DNA of 64,000 nt from Anaerolineae bacterium (GTDB lineage Bacteria; Chloroflexota; Anaerolineae; UBA1429): NCBI GenBank assembly GCA_963675785.1, contig OY776562.1, forward strand, positions 1,408,001 through 1,472,000. Reading direction: 5' to 3'. A program made the translations under genes and the position numbers. The number at the start of each line of letters is the position of its first letter. Positions within the stretch are counted from its first letter, which is position 1. The notes under the pieces are model-generated. The model saw only the letters and a list, made by a program, of their open reading frames with translations. It was not told the DNA's origin and made no database searches. Below, piece by piece: positions 1-9,038 of the stretch.

Positions 1-89
1 ACCACACCAACAAGCAATCGTGACCGTTCCAGCCCTCCTGTTCCTCTTTGCGAACTTGCTTCCTTGCACCTCGTCTCCACCAAGTCCAT
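1..89 (-). CDS. 5' end (partial, runs off window) of a paralog of the 655..1677 secreted fibre-like protein
   Basis: ATG at 89 gives MDLVETRCKEASSQRGTGGLERSRLLVGV, nearly identical to the N-terminus of 655..1677; same RBS and leader. Confidence 0.8.
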   Translation of the reverse strand, partial: MDLVETRCKEASSQRGTGGLERSRLLVGV

Positions 90-111
90 CGTATCCCTCC
101 CCTGTCGATCC

Positions 112-184
112 TGCAGAAACAAAAACACTCCCAACTAATTCTTCCTCACGGAATCAATCAGCGGGAGTGTTTATATCATCTGCA
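112..184 (-). ncRNA. Putative structured 5' leader hairpin (GNRA loop GUGA), copy 1
   Basis: Minus strand TGCAGA..AAACACTCCC-GCTGATT..TTCC-GTGA-GGAA..AATTAGT-TGGGAGTGTTT..TCTGCA. Confidence 0.5.
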
Positions 185-205
185 CAGTAACCAGCTTCCG
201 GGTAC

Positions 206-235
206 AGTATCGACAAGAAGAGAATATCTTGTCAA
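206..235 (-). promoter_or_regulatory. sigma70-type promoter TTGACA-N18-GATACT overlapped by a GACAA..TTGTC inverted repeat
   Basis: Hexamers conserved in both copies while the spacer centre diverges. Confidence 0.5.
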
Positions 236-278
236 GTAAAAGAAAGGCTGCATGTTGGGCTCAACAGGTCATACGCAC

Positions 279-313
279 AAAAAAGCGCCGTGAGGGGAGA
301 CTCACACGGCGCT
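279..313 (-). terminator. Intrinsic terminator after 325..642
   Basis: AGCGCCGTG..CACGGCGCT stem followed by T6 on minus strand. Confidence 0.75.
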
Positions 314-324
314 GTATATATCTT

Positions 325-642
325 CTACGAAGCGTTCCGCAATATCATCGGCACATAAATCCAGTACACTTCCTCTGGCTCAGCCACCGAACGCAGCCAG
401 AACCCGCCCGATAGCGTGTACGCACCACCACCCCAACTAGCGGCATCGGGCTGTCCTGCTGTGCCGCGTAAAGTGTAGATGCCCCCGCTTAGCGTATCTC
501 CACTACCATCTATATTCCGCCAGGAGAGATCATACATAGGTGTCGCCGTCGGCACAATATCCGCCAGTACAGGCACACTCAGCACCAGGCCAATGAGGAG
601 CAGGGCCAGCAACAGCCCAAACCGCTCTGCACACTGTGTCAT
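325..642 (-). CDS. Small secreted 'GGFW' protein with C-terminal IYVPMILR motif
   Basis: Signal peptide; YDLSWRNIDGSG..YTLRGTAGQPDA..YTLSGGFW; 12 bp downstream of the fibre gene. Confidence 0.75.
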   Translation of the reverse strand: MTQCAERFGLLLALLLIGLVLSVPVLADIVPTATPMYDLSWRNIDGSGDTLSGGIYTLRGTAGQPDAASWGGGAYTLSGGFWLRSVAEPEEVYWIYVPMILRNAS

Positions 643-654
643 CGCTGCCTCCTC

Positions 655-1677
655 TCACCAGGTAACCGTCGCTACAACATCTTCGTGTGTAGACGTCAGA
701 ACCAGCTTGTATTCGTTGACGTTGGGGCAGGAGAGTGTAATGGAGGTGCCGACTGTAATGACTGTATCGGTCGAATTGAGCAATGCCGTGCCATGAACAG
801 CGGTTCCATCGCCCGCCATCCCCACCCAGGCTATACGATAGTCATTCTCCGCAATAGAAAGCCAGGCCACATTGTCAGGGGTACCAAATACCTCGCCAAT
901 AGTAATCTGGCAGGTTTGAAAATGCGGGATGGTTATATCTGCACTTCCTCCCGGATAGGTGACAACATATCGAGCGACGCGGGCCATATTGGCGGCGTGC
1001 AGGTTATCCACCGTATCAGCATTCCCGGCTGTAGTAGCGATAGTTGCAGTGTCTGCCGCAAGCGCAATAGTCGCCGTAGTGGCAACAGTAGCGGTAATCG
1101 CCGTGTCAGCGGTAAGCGCGGTTGTCGCTGTATTTGCTGTCAGTGCCGTCGTCGCCGTGTCCGCCGTGGTCGCTGTATCGCATGTACCCGCCGAGAGGCT
1201 GTACAGCGCATAGGGTGAGGCAACAAGCTCCTGACGCCCCAGATTGGTAAAGCCCGCATCGCTCGACCCCTTGGCCTGAATCCCCAACCACCTGATCTCG
1301 TCGGTAAAAGCGCCGCTGCCAAAGTTCAGGTTGACCGAGAACAGCCCATCTGTCACTGTCACTGTGGTTGAGATGGGCGCGCCGATCATGTTGCCGCCAA
1401 TTGCCGCATCATACAGGCTAAAGATCATGCCGCATTCGTCGGTGACCGGTTCACCCCTGGCCAATAATTGGCCCTGATAGTTAAAGGCCGTGCTTAGCGC
1501 ACTCGCCTGCACGCCCACCGCCTCGGTCGCATTACCCTCCTGGGCACTTGCCCCGCCGCCAAAAAGCGCCATGCACAAGGCCAGTACCACCACACCGACA
1601 AGCAATCGCGACCGCTCCAGCCCTCCTGTTCCTCTTTGCGAACTTGTTTCCTTGCACCTCGTCTCCACTGAATCCAT
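655..1677 (-). CDS. Secreted fibre-like protein (FxYQG.L N-terminal domain, Ala/Thr triad repeats, NADTVD motif)
   Basis: Start re-set to ATG 1677 after GGGGAGGG; hydrophobic signal; TAFNYQGQL..FSLYDAA..DGLFSVNLNFG..RWLGI..PYALY; (TAx)n repeats. Confidence 0.7.
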   Translation of the reverse strand: MDSVETRCKETSSQRGTGGLERSRLLVGVVVLALCMALFGGGASAQEGNATEAVGVQASALSTAFNYQGQLLARGEPVTDECGMIFSLYDAAIGGNMIGAPISTTVTVTDGLFSVNLNFGSGAFTDEIRWLGIQAKGSSDAGFTNLGRQELVASPYALYSLSAGTCDTATTADTATTALTANTATTALTADTAITATVATTATIALAADTATIATTAGNADTVDNLHAANMARVARYVVTYPGGSADITIPHFQTCQITIGEVFGTPDNVAWLSIAENDYRIAWVGMAGDGTAVHGTALLNSTDTVITVGTSITLSCPNVNEYKLVLTSTHEDVVATVTW

Positions 1678-1699
1678 CGTATCCCTCCCCTGTCGATCC

Positions 1700-1772
1700 T
1701 GCAGAAACAAAAACACTCCCAACCAGTTCTTCCTTGCGGAATCAATCGGCGGGAGTATTTATATCGTCTGCA
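1700..1772 (-). ncRNA. Putative structured 5' leader hairpin (GNRA loop GCAA), copy 2
   Basis: Same stem as copy 1, with loop GCAA and a U-A to C-G pair change. Confidence 0.5.
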
Positions 1773-1793
1773 CAGTAACCAGCTTCCGGGTAC

Positions 1794-1823
1794 AGTATCG
1801 ACAAAGGCGCCATAAGTTGTCAA
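1794..1823 (-). promoter_or_regulatory. sigma70-type promoter TTGACA-N18-GATACT (copy 2)
   Basis: Same as 206..235. Confidence 0.5.
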
Positions 1824-1867
1824 GTAAAAGAAAGGCTGCATGTTGGGATCAACAGGATCATACGCAC

Positions 1868-1903
1868 AAAAAAGCGCCGTGAGAGAGTTTCCCTTCGCGG
1901 CGT
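1868..1903 (-). terminator. Intrinsic terminator after the YbaN-like gene
   Basis: CGCCGCGA..TCACGGCG stem + T6 on minus strand. Confidence 0.65.
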
Positions 1904-1916
1904 AATGCATCACCCC

Positions 1917-2324
1917 TCAGCACTCCACCGACAAATCGGCCTTTTCCACCTCGGGTCGATAGGTCTTGATGGACAGCAAATGCCAGGTAACCCCCACCGC
2001 CACACCCAACAAAATCAGCCGTAGCCACCATTGCGACATAAAGCGCCACGCCGAGAGGCCGATGGTCAGCCACAACAGGGCAATGGTGCAAATCTTGTGA
2101 ATCAGGGGAATGCCTCGCCCCTCACGATAATTGCGCAAATACTGGCCAAACAAGCGATTGGTCATCAGCCAGTTGTAAAAGCGTTGCGAACTGCGCGAAT
2201 AGCACACCGCAGCCAGCAACAATAACGGCGTCGTGGGCAGCACCGGCACCACCACACCAATCAACCCCAGGGCCACACAAACCGATCCCGCAACAATCAA
2301 TAGATTTCGCTTCAAGCATGTCAT
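1917..2324 (-). CDS. ybaN: YbaN/DUF454 family inner-membrane protein
   Basis: LGLIGVVVPVLPTTPLLLLAAVCYSRSSQRFYNWL..FGQYLRNYREGRGIP signature. Confidence 0.85.
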   Translation of the reverse strand: MTCLKRNLLIVAGSVCVALGLIGVVVPVLPTTPLLLLAAVCYSRSSQRFYNWLMTNRLFGQYLRNYREGRGIPLIHKICTIALLWLTIGLSAWRFMSQWWLRLILLGVAVGVTWHLLSIKTYRPEVEKADLSVEC

Positions 2325-2407
2325 CGAGAACTCTACTTTCCATCAACGTTTTTCACATACTAACGAACTAAGCTGGGAAATGGCAAGATTCAACGCGTCC
2401 TCGTGCG

Positions 2408-3505
2408 CTATTTCGCCTCGCCATCTCCCTCGGATACATCCGCCTCCGTATTCCCCTCACAGAGATTGCCAACCAACATAGGCAATGTACCCTCCTTGAC
2501 CAGGAGGCCAATTTTGTTCGCTCGACACATATTGCCCTTCACAACGCTCTGCGTGTGCCCCAAACAGACTATCCCCTCCTCCTGATTTTCGTCGCAGACG
2601 TTCTGTATTACCTCTGGGGAGGCCTGCGTAATCAGAAAAATGCCAAACAGGCCATTCTTGGTGCAGATATTCGCTCTGGCTGTTCCACGCGTCTCATTAT
2701 AATAGATGATGCCCCCCTGCTGATTCTGAGAGCAAATGTTTTCTACCAATTCCGGCGCAGCAAACTCTATCAGATAAATCCCGTACGCTTTGTTTTCGCT
2801 ACACGTATTGCTCTGGGCAATGCCGCCAGCTTGCTGAGAATACGCAATTCCCGCTTGTCCATTTTGCAGGCAGGTGTTGTGCGTCAGCAGCGGCGCTGCG
2901 TGGCCCGTCACCGCAATGCCGTGGTTATAGTTCTCACTACAAACATTCCCCTGCGCCTTGCCGACTGCTTGCCCTTGATAATAGATGCCCGCCTGAACGT
3001 TTCCAATAGCGATATTGTCGAAAAGCTCTACAGCGGCCTTCCTACCCAAACGGGTTCCATCCCGCCCATTCCTTTTGAATTGCGAATCCCTTACCATGCC
3101 TTTGGTTTTACCAATGATCTGCAGGCCATCGCCATGATCGCTTTTCAGGCCGCTGAGGCCGCCGGCAAAACGACATTGCTCGACCTGCACTTGCGCGGCA
3201 TCTATCACCACCACGTCAGCCCCACGCTTCCCACGCATATGCGCCTCAAAGGTGATATCTCGCAGATGCACTGTTCCCCGGCAAGAAAATTTGAGCACAC
3301 GCCGTCCCTTGCTCGCCCTGACGATGGTCTTGCTCATGCCTGCGCCAATCAGCGTCGTGGGGCGATGAATGTGCATCCCTCGGCCTAAATCATATTCCCC
3401 GGCACCCAAATGCACCTCAGAGCCAGCCGGCGCCTTGCGCAAAGCATCGCTGAGCCTGTCATAGTCCCCCGTGCCATCTGCCATCACGCGAATGACCTTT
3501 GCCAC
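2408..3505 (-). CDS. Right-handed parallel beta-helix repeat protein
   Basis: Repeats such as GNVCSENYNHGIAV / HNTCLQNGQAGIAY; GTG start 3505 after GAGGAG; N-terminal ADGTGDY motif. Confidence 0.8.
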   Translation of the reverse strand: MAKVIRVMADGTGDYDRLSDALRKAPAGSEVHLGAGEYDLGRGMHIHRPTTLIGAGMSKTIVRASKGRRVLKFSCRGTVHLRDITFEAHMRGKRGADVVVIDAAQVQVEQCRFAGGLSGLKSDHGDGLQIIGKTKGMVRDSQFKRNGRDGTRLGRKAAVELFDNIAIGNVQAGIYYQGQAVGKAQGNVCSENYNHGIAVTGHAAPLLTHNTCLQNGQAGIAYSQQAGGIAQSNTCSENKAYGIYLIEFAAPELVENICSQNQQGGIIYYNETRGTARANICTKNGLFGIFLITQASPEVIQNVCDENQEEGIVCLGHTQSVVKGNMCRANKIGLLVKEGTLPMLVGNLCEGNTEADVSEGDGEAK

Positions 3506-3691
3506 AAAATGCTCCTCTGTCGTCTTTCTACAATTCCAAATATGCCGCCACATTATGGTTGTTACGAGTTGATTTTGCCAATCTGCTCCGTTATTTAACC
3601 CTAGACAAGAGAAGGAGAATTAATTCTACTAACAGTACAATGATGCTATTACTTTTCAGCTTGCTAATAACAGCCTAGGATTTGCATACTT

Positions 3692-3715
3692 AGCACGAGG
3701 GTTTAGCCTCGTGCT
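3692..3715 (+). repeat. REP-like palindrome, type A (hairpin B only)
   Basis: AGCACGAGG-GTTTAG-CCTCGTGCT preceded by TTTGCA linker. Confidence 0.7.
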
Positions 3716-3724
3716 TCTCCTCAC

Positions 3725-3760
3725 AAAAAAAAAGCCGCGAGAGCTTTTGCCCTCGCGGCC
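3725..3760 (-). terminator. Intrinsic terminator after 3783..6491
   Basis: GCCGCGAG..CTCGCGGC + T9 on minus strand. Confidence 0.8.
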
Positions 3761-3782
3761 TCTGCCGTTCTTCTCTACTACT

Positions 3783-6491
3783 TTACCACCCGTAATATAG
3801 CGGTAGATACATACGAAATACCGTCGGTACAGGCGTCACCGTGAGCGTCACCGTGTATGTATCTGCTGAATCGTCTGTACCGTCATTGGCTTTGAACACC
3901 AGCACCGTATCGCCTACCATTGTTGGTGCGTAGGAATAGCTAGCCAAAGCCGTGTCATATCCTCCGCCATCGATACTCACCTGATACGTCAGACTCTCAC
4001 CGTTTGTGTCTTCAAAGATATCGGTGAGATCGAGTGTGTAGGCTTCTCCCAAAACAACCTGTGCCGTAGCATTTGCATCAACATCCGCTTTTCTGTCTGG
4101 CGGTGTATTTTCATACGTTATGTTAAATTGTGACGCCGCCACATTCGCATTGCCTGCTAGATCCGTGCATACGTCCGCTTCGATATCTACCGTAACATTA
4201 CCGTATGCCGATGGCGCAATATCCGCGGTGTATATCCTCGTCCCGGTAACCGTTGCAAGATTCGATACAGTACCGCCCGAAACTGTCAGATCGTTGATAT
4301 CAAATCCCGTAACGCTTTCGTCAAAGGTAATTGTTACTTCAAACGGAGAATTTCTTGTGGGGTCACTAGCGGTAGTTGTGATCGCAACCGCAGGCGCAAC
4401 ACTGTCATAATCGACACTGAACTGTGTCGCTGCCGTGTTCTCGTTACCCGCATCATCTACGGCTACACCCGAGGCAACATCCACCGTCACTTCACCATCT
4501 GCTGATGGCGTAACATCCACCGTATATACGCTGTCACTCGTAGCAGCAAAATTGGATGCGCTGCCGTTGCCTACCGTGATATCGCCAGACGCAAAACCTG
4601 TCACATCCTCACTGAATGTAAAAGTGACTGTAAACGACGAGGCATTCGTCGGATCGCTCTCGGAGCTCGTGATGCCGACCGTCGGTGCAGTTGTATCGTA
4701 GGTGATACCAAGCTGTGCAGCCGCTGTGTTCTCATTGCCCGCGTCATCTGTAGCCACGCCCGCCGCAACATCCACCGTCACTTGACCATCTGCTGATGGC
4801 GTAATATCCGCTGTCCATACGCTGTTGGCGGTAACAACGCTCAAATTCGATGCGCTGCCGTTTCCCACTGTGATATCACCGAGCGCAAAACCTGTCACAT
4901 CCTCATCGAACGTCACCGTGACTTCAAACGGAGAACTGTCAGTCGGGTCGCTTTCTAGGGTGGATAACGCTACGCCCGGCGCTGTCCCGTCATAGTCGAT
5001 GCTGAACTGTGTTGCCGCTGTGTTGTTGTTGCTTGCTGCGTCTGTGCACACGCCAGCAGCAACGTCTACCGTTACTGCACCGTCTGCCGCTGGCGTAATA
5101 TCCGCCGTATACACGCTGCCACTCGTGGCAGCAAAGTTGGATGCACTACCGTTCCCCACCGTAATATCGTCAACCGTAAACCCTGTCACATCCTCACTGA
5201 ATGTAAAAGTGGCTGTAAACGGTGAGACATTCGTCGGATCGCTCTCCGAACTTGTAATGCTGACTGTTGGCGCGGTATCGTCGATGGGATTTACAGTGAT
5301 GTCGAATTGTTGATTCGTCAGCTCATCCGTACCATCGCTGATTTTGAACACAAAGCTGTCCGACGTGGTGTCGCTGTCATCGTGCACATAGCGTATCTTG
5401 CCAGCTACAAGATTTGCCTGCGTAAAGGTAGGGATTGATGAACCGGGATTGTCACTATTTTCAAGCTGCCCGTGCGACGGGCCACTCGTCACCGTAAAGG
5501 TTATGGGGTCTCCATCGCCATCACTGGCCGAAAGCTCTGCCGTGGTAATGCTCGCCGTTGCACCTTCGTCAAGGGTCAAGCCATTATTGGTTGTAATGGT
5601 CGGTGCAGCGTTATCGGCTAAAAGAGTAAAGCTAAATGCCGAAGGCGTGATATCATATGCGACATTGTCATCACGGGTATCCCAATTACTGAGATCGCAT
5701 ATCGCCTCTCTCAGTTGAGTGGGTGTTCCGGTGGTCGTAGAACCGTAGTATGTGAAGCAGTCCTCTTCATCCGGACCGCTTGCATAGACCCAGATCGCAT
5801 TGACGCCATTGGTTAGTTGATCTGGCAATGCAGATGTCTGAGCAGAAGTTGCAGAACCATCCCAGTTGCCTGTAGTTGAACCACTTTCGACATTGTAATG
5901 TATACCTGCGATCAAAGTTGGGCTGGTATGTGTGCCCTGATAAATAAAAACCTGATCTCCGGTATACGATGTCGAAGGATATGACCCAGATGTATCAGTC
6001 GAGTACGTCAATGGATTATCGTCAGTATCAATCCAAAGGGCCGTGCCAGGCGTAGCACTCAAATTAACAGATCCGGAACCACCAACTACACCGTTAATTG
6101 AGGTTCTTATGTACACAACCGTTCCGGCGCTTAGGGCACTACCCGCGGTCCATTTTATGAAACCATCTCCAATAGCAGGGTCAGGCACATAAAACCCCGA
6201 ACCATCGTTCCATCCACTATCGGTAATGTAAAGAATCGTATCTGCGGCAATATCTTTTAACAATAAAAATGAAAAACCATCATCGCCATCTGAATTCAAA
6301 CCAACGAAAACAATATCACCAGCGGAAAGCGTCGTCGCTGCCAGCACTGCTGTCGGGTGAATCAGAGAACAGCAAATGTTGGCCAGCATAATGATAACAA
6401 TCAATACTCGGGTTTTGCTGTTATTGGTTCGCGTAGAGATTCCGGATTCTTGTTTCATGTTTCCCATTTTTGAGTGGCTAAAACCATCCAT
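3783..6491 (-). CDS. Large secreted surface protein: cadherin/CSPG-like domain + 4 bacterial Ig-like repeats, C-terminal MYLPLYYGW
   Basis: Signal peptide; TNNGLTLDEG..FTQANL..IRYVHD; four DxTAPTVxI..F.EDVTGF...DITV.NG repeats. Confidence 0.8.
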   Translation of the reverse strand: MDGFSHSKMGNMKQESGISTRTNNSKTRVLIVIIMLANICCSLIHPTAVLAATTLSAGDIVFVGLNSDGDDGFSFLLLKDIAADTILYITDSGWNDGSGFYVPDPAIGDGFIKWTAGSALSAGTVVYIRTSINGVVGGSGSVNLSATPGTALWIDTDDNPLTYSTDTSGSYPSTSYTGDQVFIYQGTHTSPTLIAGIHYNVESGSTTGNWDGSATSAQTSALPDQLTNGVNAIWVYASGPDEEDCFTYYGSTTTGTPTQLREAICDLSNWDTRDDNVAYDITPSAFSFTLLADNAAPTITTNNGLTLDEGATASITTAELSASDGDGDPITFTVTSGPSHGQLENSDNPGSSIPTFTQANLVAGKIRYVHDDSDTTSDSFVFKISDGTDELTNQQFDITVNPIDDTAPTVSITSSESDPTNVSPFTATFTFSEDVTGFTVDDITVGNGSASNFAATSGSVYTADITPAADGAVTVDVAAGVCTDAASNNNTAATQFSIDYDGTAPGVALSTLESDPTDSSPFEVTVTFDEDVTGFALGDITVGNGSASNLSVVTANSVWTADITPSADGQVTVDVAAGVATDDAGNENTAAAQLGITYDTTAPTVGITSSESDPTNASSFTVTFTFSEDVTGFASGDITVGNGSASNFAATSDSVYTVDVTPSADGEVTVDVASGVAVDDAGNENTAATQFSVDYDSVAPAVAITTTASDPTRNSPFEVTITFDESVTGFDINDLTVSGGTVSNLATVTGTRIYTADIAPSAYGNVTVDIEADVCTDLAGNANVAASQFNITYENTPPDRKADVDANATAQVVLGEAYTLDLTDIFEDTNGESLTYQVSIDGGGYDTALASYSYAPTMVGDTVLVFKANDGTDDSADTYTVTLTVTPVPTVFRMYLPLYYGW

Positions 6492-6684
6492 GAATTATCC
6501 CCCTTCGTCTGCGATGTTTGAGAAACACGGGCATTGTCCGAGCAACTCAATACCTATCTTCTACTTTCGCTCACTTTTTAGTGCCTATCCCCCTTCAAAC
6601 TGCCGCTGCAATACAGATTTGCCTGCCAAGAATAAAAATGGCGGGAAGAACTCGATCTCTTCCTGCCTAAACCCTTGGCATCTA

Positions 6685-6815
6685 TACTGCCACCAGCCAA
6701 AACAACGGCGTCGTGGGCACCACCGGCGCCACCACGCCAATCAATCTCAAGGTCACGCAAATCAGCCCGCTGCAATCAGTAGATCTGATTGAAACGGGTC
6801 ATCGAAAAATTAACT
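6685..6815 (-). pseudogene. Degenerate fragment of a YbaN-like gene 5' end
   Basis: DNA resembles 2211..2335 (ACGGCGTCGTGGGCA.CACCGGC.CCACCAC.CCAATCAA) but the reading frame is broken. Confidence 0.6.
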
Positions 6816-6850
6816 TCTTAACAATGTACCGCCACATACTACTGGGTTTA

Positions 6851-7015
6851 TTAGTGATCGGCAAGGCCCAAGGCGTCGCCAAGCTTATCATAGTCTCCCG
6901 TGCCATCAGCCACAGCACTGAGCCGGCGAGCGTAAATATCCGCCGCCATGATGACGCCATCCACCATGGGGAAAAAGGGTTCGACGAAATAGCCGGTTCT
7001 CAATCTTCCGCCCAT
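6851..7015 (-). pseudogene. Chimeric remnant: GT4-like N-terminus fused to a beta-helix-gene N-terminal fragment
   Basis: RLRTGYFVEPFFPMVDGVIMAADIYARRL followed by ADGTGDYDKLGDAL (cf. ADGTGDYDRLSDAL in 2408..3505), then stop. Confidence 0.5.
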
Positions 7016-7315
7016 ATCAACTCCGCCTATCAACTATTTGAGGACGAGTTGGCAACCATGCTGGCGCCATCGGGCAGTCTAGCATGTTGGCCGGGATTGA
7101 CCAGAAGGAGTTTGCGGTGCTTGCGCTGCCGCGGTGTATGGCGGTAGAATGGTTCTCAGTGGCTCTGAGGTTGGTTTTTGGCGTATGTTAGGAATTTGTA
7201 AGGGTTTGGGGATTGAGGGAGTGGGAGCGTTACCGAGACTATCCACCGTACTAGCAAGATGCGAGCGTAGTTGCAGCCAGACATATTCCCATCACTGAAA
7301 AGAGGACCTGGCAAA

Positions 7316-8182
7316 ATGGAATGCGGTCCTGTTGATGCCAAGGACAGATCAGCCGAACCAACTGCTCCTGTAACTTTCTTGTTCTGGAACATTCACAAGA
7401 AGATGATTCTCGACACTGTGGTGCAACTGGCGCACAATGAGGCCGTCGATGTGCTCATTCTGGCGGAGAGCATCATTTCGACTGCTGAGATGGTAGCCGC
7501 GCTTAGTTCAAGCCAAGCCAGACACTACTACTACGCAGGCGCTGGGGTCTCCGACCACATTCAGGTGTATACGCGTTTCCCTACACGATTATGCAGACCT
7601 ATCTGGGACGAAGGCGGCCTTTCAGCCTATGGGCTGAGCCCGCCCGTCGGCCAAGATATCGTGTTCATAGCAGCACACCTTAGCAGCAAGCTGCACCAAA
7701 CCGATGATGAACAGGCTCTTGCCTGCTCAAGGCTTAGGGAATTCATTGATCGAGTTGAGCAAGAGCAAGGACACCATCGTACTGTTCTGATCGGCGATCT
7801 CAACATGGATCCATTTGAAAGTGGCCTTACCGGCTCAGAAGGTCTCCATGCAATTATGGATAGACAGATTGCGGGCCGGAACATCCGGCGTGTGAAGGGG
7901 CTAAACCGACACTTCTTCTACAACCCCATGTGGAGCCTACTTGGCGACCTGTCACCAGGACCTCCCGGAACGTACTACTATCCCGGTTCAGGCATCGTCG
8001 AGCTCTTCTGGCACACGTTCGACCAAGTCCTGCTGAGACCGGAGCTCATATACTCCTTCCGACCGGAAACGCTTCGTGTCATCGACAAAAGCCAGCAACT
8101 ACGGCTGGTCACGGCCAAGGGTCGCCCAGACAAGAATCACGGGTCGGACCATCTACCTATTTCACTGACACTTCATCTGTAA
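7316..8182 (+). CDS. Endonuclease/exonuclease/phosphatase (EEP) family protein
   Basis: FWNI, LILAE, AAHL, IGDLNMDP, FDQVLL, SDHLPI motifs; start uncertain (7271 or 7316). Confidence 0.85.
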   Translation: MECGPVDAKDRSAEPTAPVTFLFWNIHKKMILDTVVQLAHNEAVDVLILAESIISTAEMVAALSSSQARHYYYAGAGVSDHIQVYTRFPTRLCRPIWDEGGLSAYGLSPPVGQDIVFIAAHLSSKLHQTDDEQALACSRLREFIDRVEQEQGHHRTVLIGDLNMDPFESGLTGSEGLHAIMDRQIAGRNIRRVKGLNRHFFYNPMWSLLGDLSPGPPGTYYYPGSGIVELFWHTFDQVLLRPELIYSFRPETLRVIDKSQQLRLVTAKGRPDKNHGSDHLPISLTLHL

Positions 8183-8194
8183 AGGAGCAGAGTC

Positions 8195-8584
8195 ATGAAC
8201 AGCGAAAGCCTTTGGGGAGATCTGACTGATTTGCATAGAGACAAATCGCCAAAACAATTACTTGAGGAACAGGCTCAATTGCTCAACGAGATAGTCCAGG
8301 GTTTGTTATGTGCGACTGTCGAGATCGCCATTCATGGAAGCAATATGTCAGTTAATTTGATAATAGTTGCCCCAGCACTCAACAACTACCGTTATTCTGT
8401 ATTATCTATATTCTATGATCCTGCCAATATGTATCCCGTGCACGTGAAGAACGCTACTGTCGAATCCAGTCCCTTGGTCAAATGCTCCTCGGAGTCAGAA
8501 TTCGTCGAGTGTCTTAGGGTCATTCTCTCATCATCCGTTGTGCGCAAAGCCATCGGCTCACTCATCTCTCACTCCGAAAAGTGA
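8195..8584 (+). CDS. Hypothetical protein, partner of the EEP gene
   Basis: AAGGAG RBS overlaps the EEP stop; LW..SPKQLLEEQA..APALNNYRY..MYPV. Confidence 0.75.
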   Translation: MNSESLWGDLTDLHRDKSPKQLLEEQAQLLNEIVQGLLCATVEIAIHGSNMSVNLIIVAPALNNYRYSVLSIFYDPANMYPVHVKNATVESSPLVKCSSESEFVECLRVILSSSVVRKAIGSLISHSEK

Positions 8585-8668
8585 GCCCCAGGCTCTGCCG
8601 CTTGGGGCCCTCCCCAGAAGCGCATGACAACCAACCAAACCGACGACACCACACACCAACCGCTACCG

Positions 8669-8901
8669 AGTCTCCCCGAAAGGGGAGACTTTGCATCCCT
8701 TGCACCAGACTTTAGTCCGGTGCCTCCCCCTTCTTCTCCCGCGTCAGGCTGAACCCGCGTCAGCAGACTGACGAGCGTTATCCCTACAAACCCTTCCCTT
8801 CGGGAAGGCTCATCTGCAGCCGTACGCCACCCACCGCCCACCGCACAGCCTCTGCGCAGCAGAGGGTTCGGAACTCGTAGCACCAGGGTTTAGCCTCGTG
8901 C
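8669..8901 (+). repeat. Cluster with two bipartite type-A REP-like elements (8669-8723, 8847-8901) and small hairpins
   Basis: AGTCTCCCC-GAAA-GGGGAGACT + GCACCAGACTTTAGTCCGGTGC; AGCCTCTGC..GCAGAGGGT + GTAGCACCAGGGTTTAGCCTCGTGC. Confidence 0.75.
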
Positions 8902-9038
8902 ACACTATCAGAACACCCTATGGAGAAGCAGGCACAAGCCTGTTTCTCCCAAGCTTGCCCGTAGGGCAAGCAGCACTTTACCTCCGCCCCGCCCTCGCCT
9001 ACAATACCCTCAAACTCATCCGCACAAGGACGAATCCC

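Larger units (their letters stand above)
1..313. repeat. Copy 1 of a ~310-bp duplication (gene start + leader + promoter + upstream terminator); copy 2 at ~1589..1903
   Basis: Direct alignment by eye shows near-identity with 1589..1903. Confidence 0.9.
1589..1903. repeat. Copy 2 of the ~310-bp duplication
   Basis: Aligns with 1..313. Confidence 0.9.

Noticed and set aside
655-1677. Prophage tail-fibre gene
   Set aside because: Has a signal peptide and no phage genes nearby.
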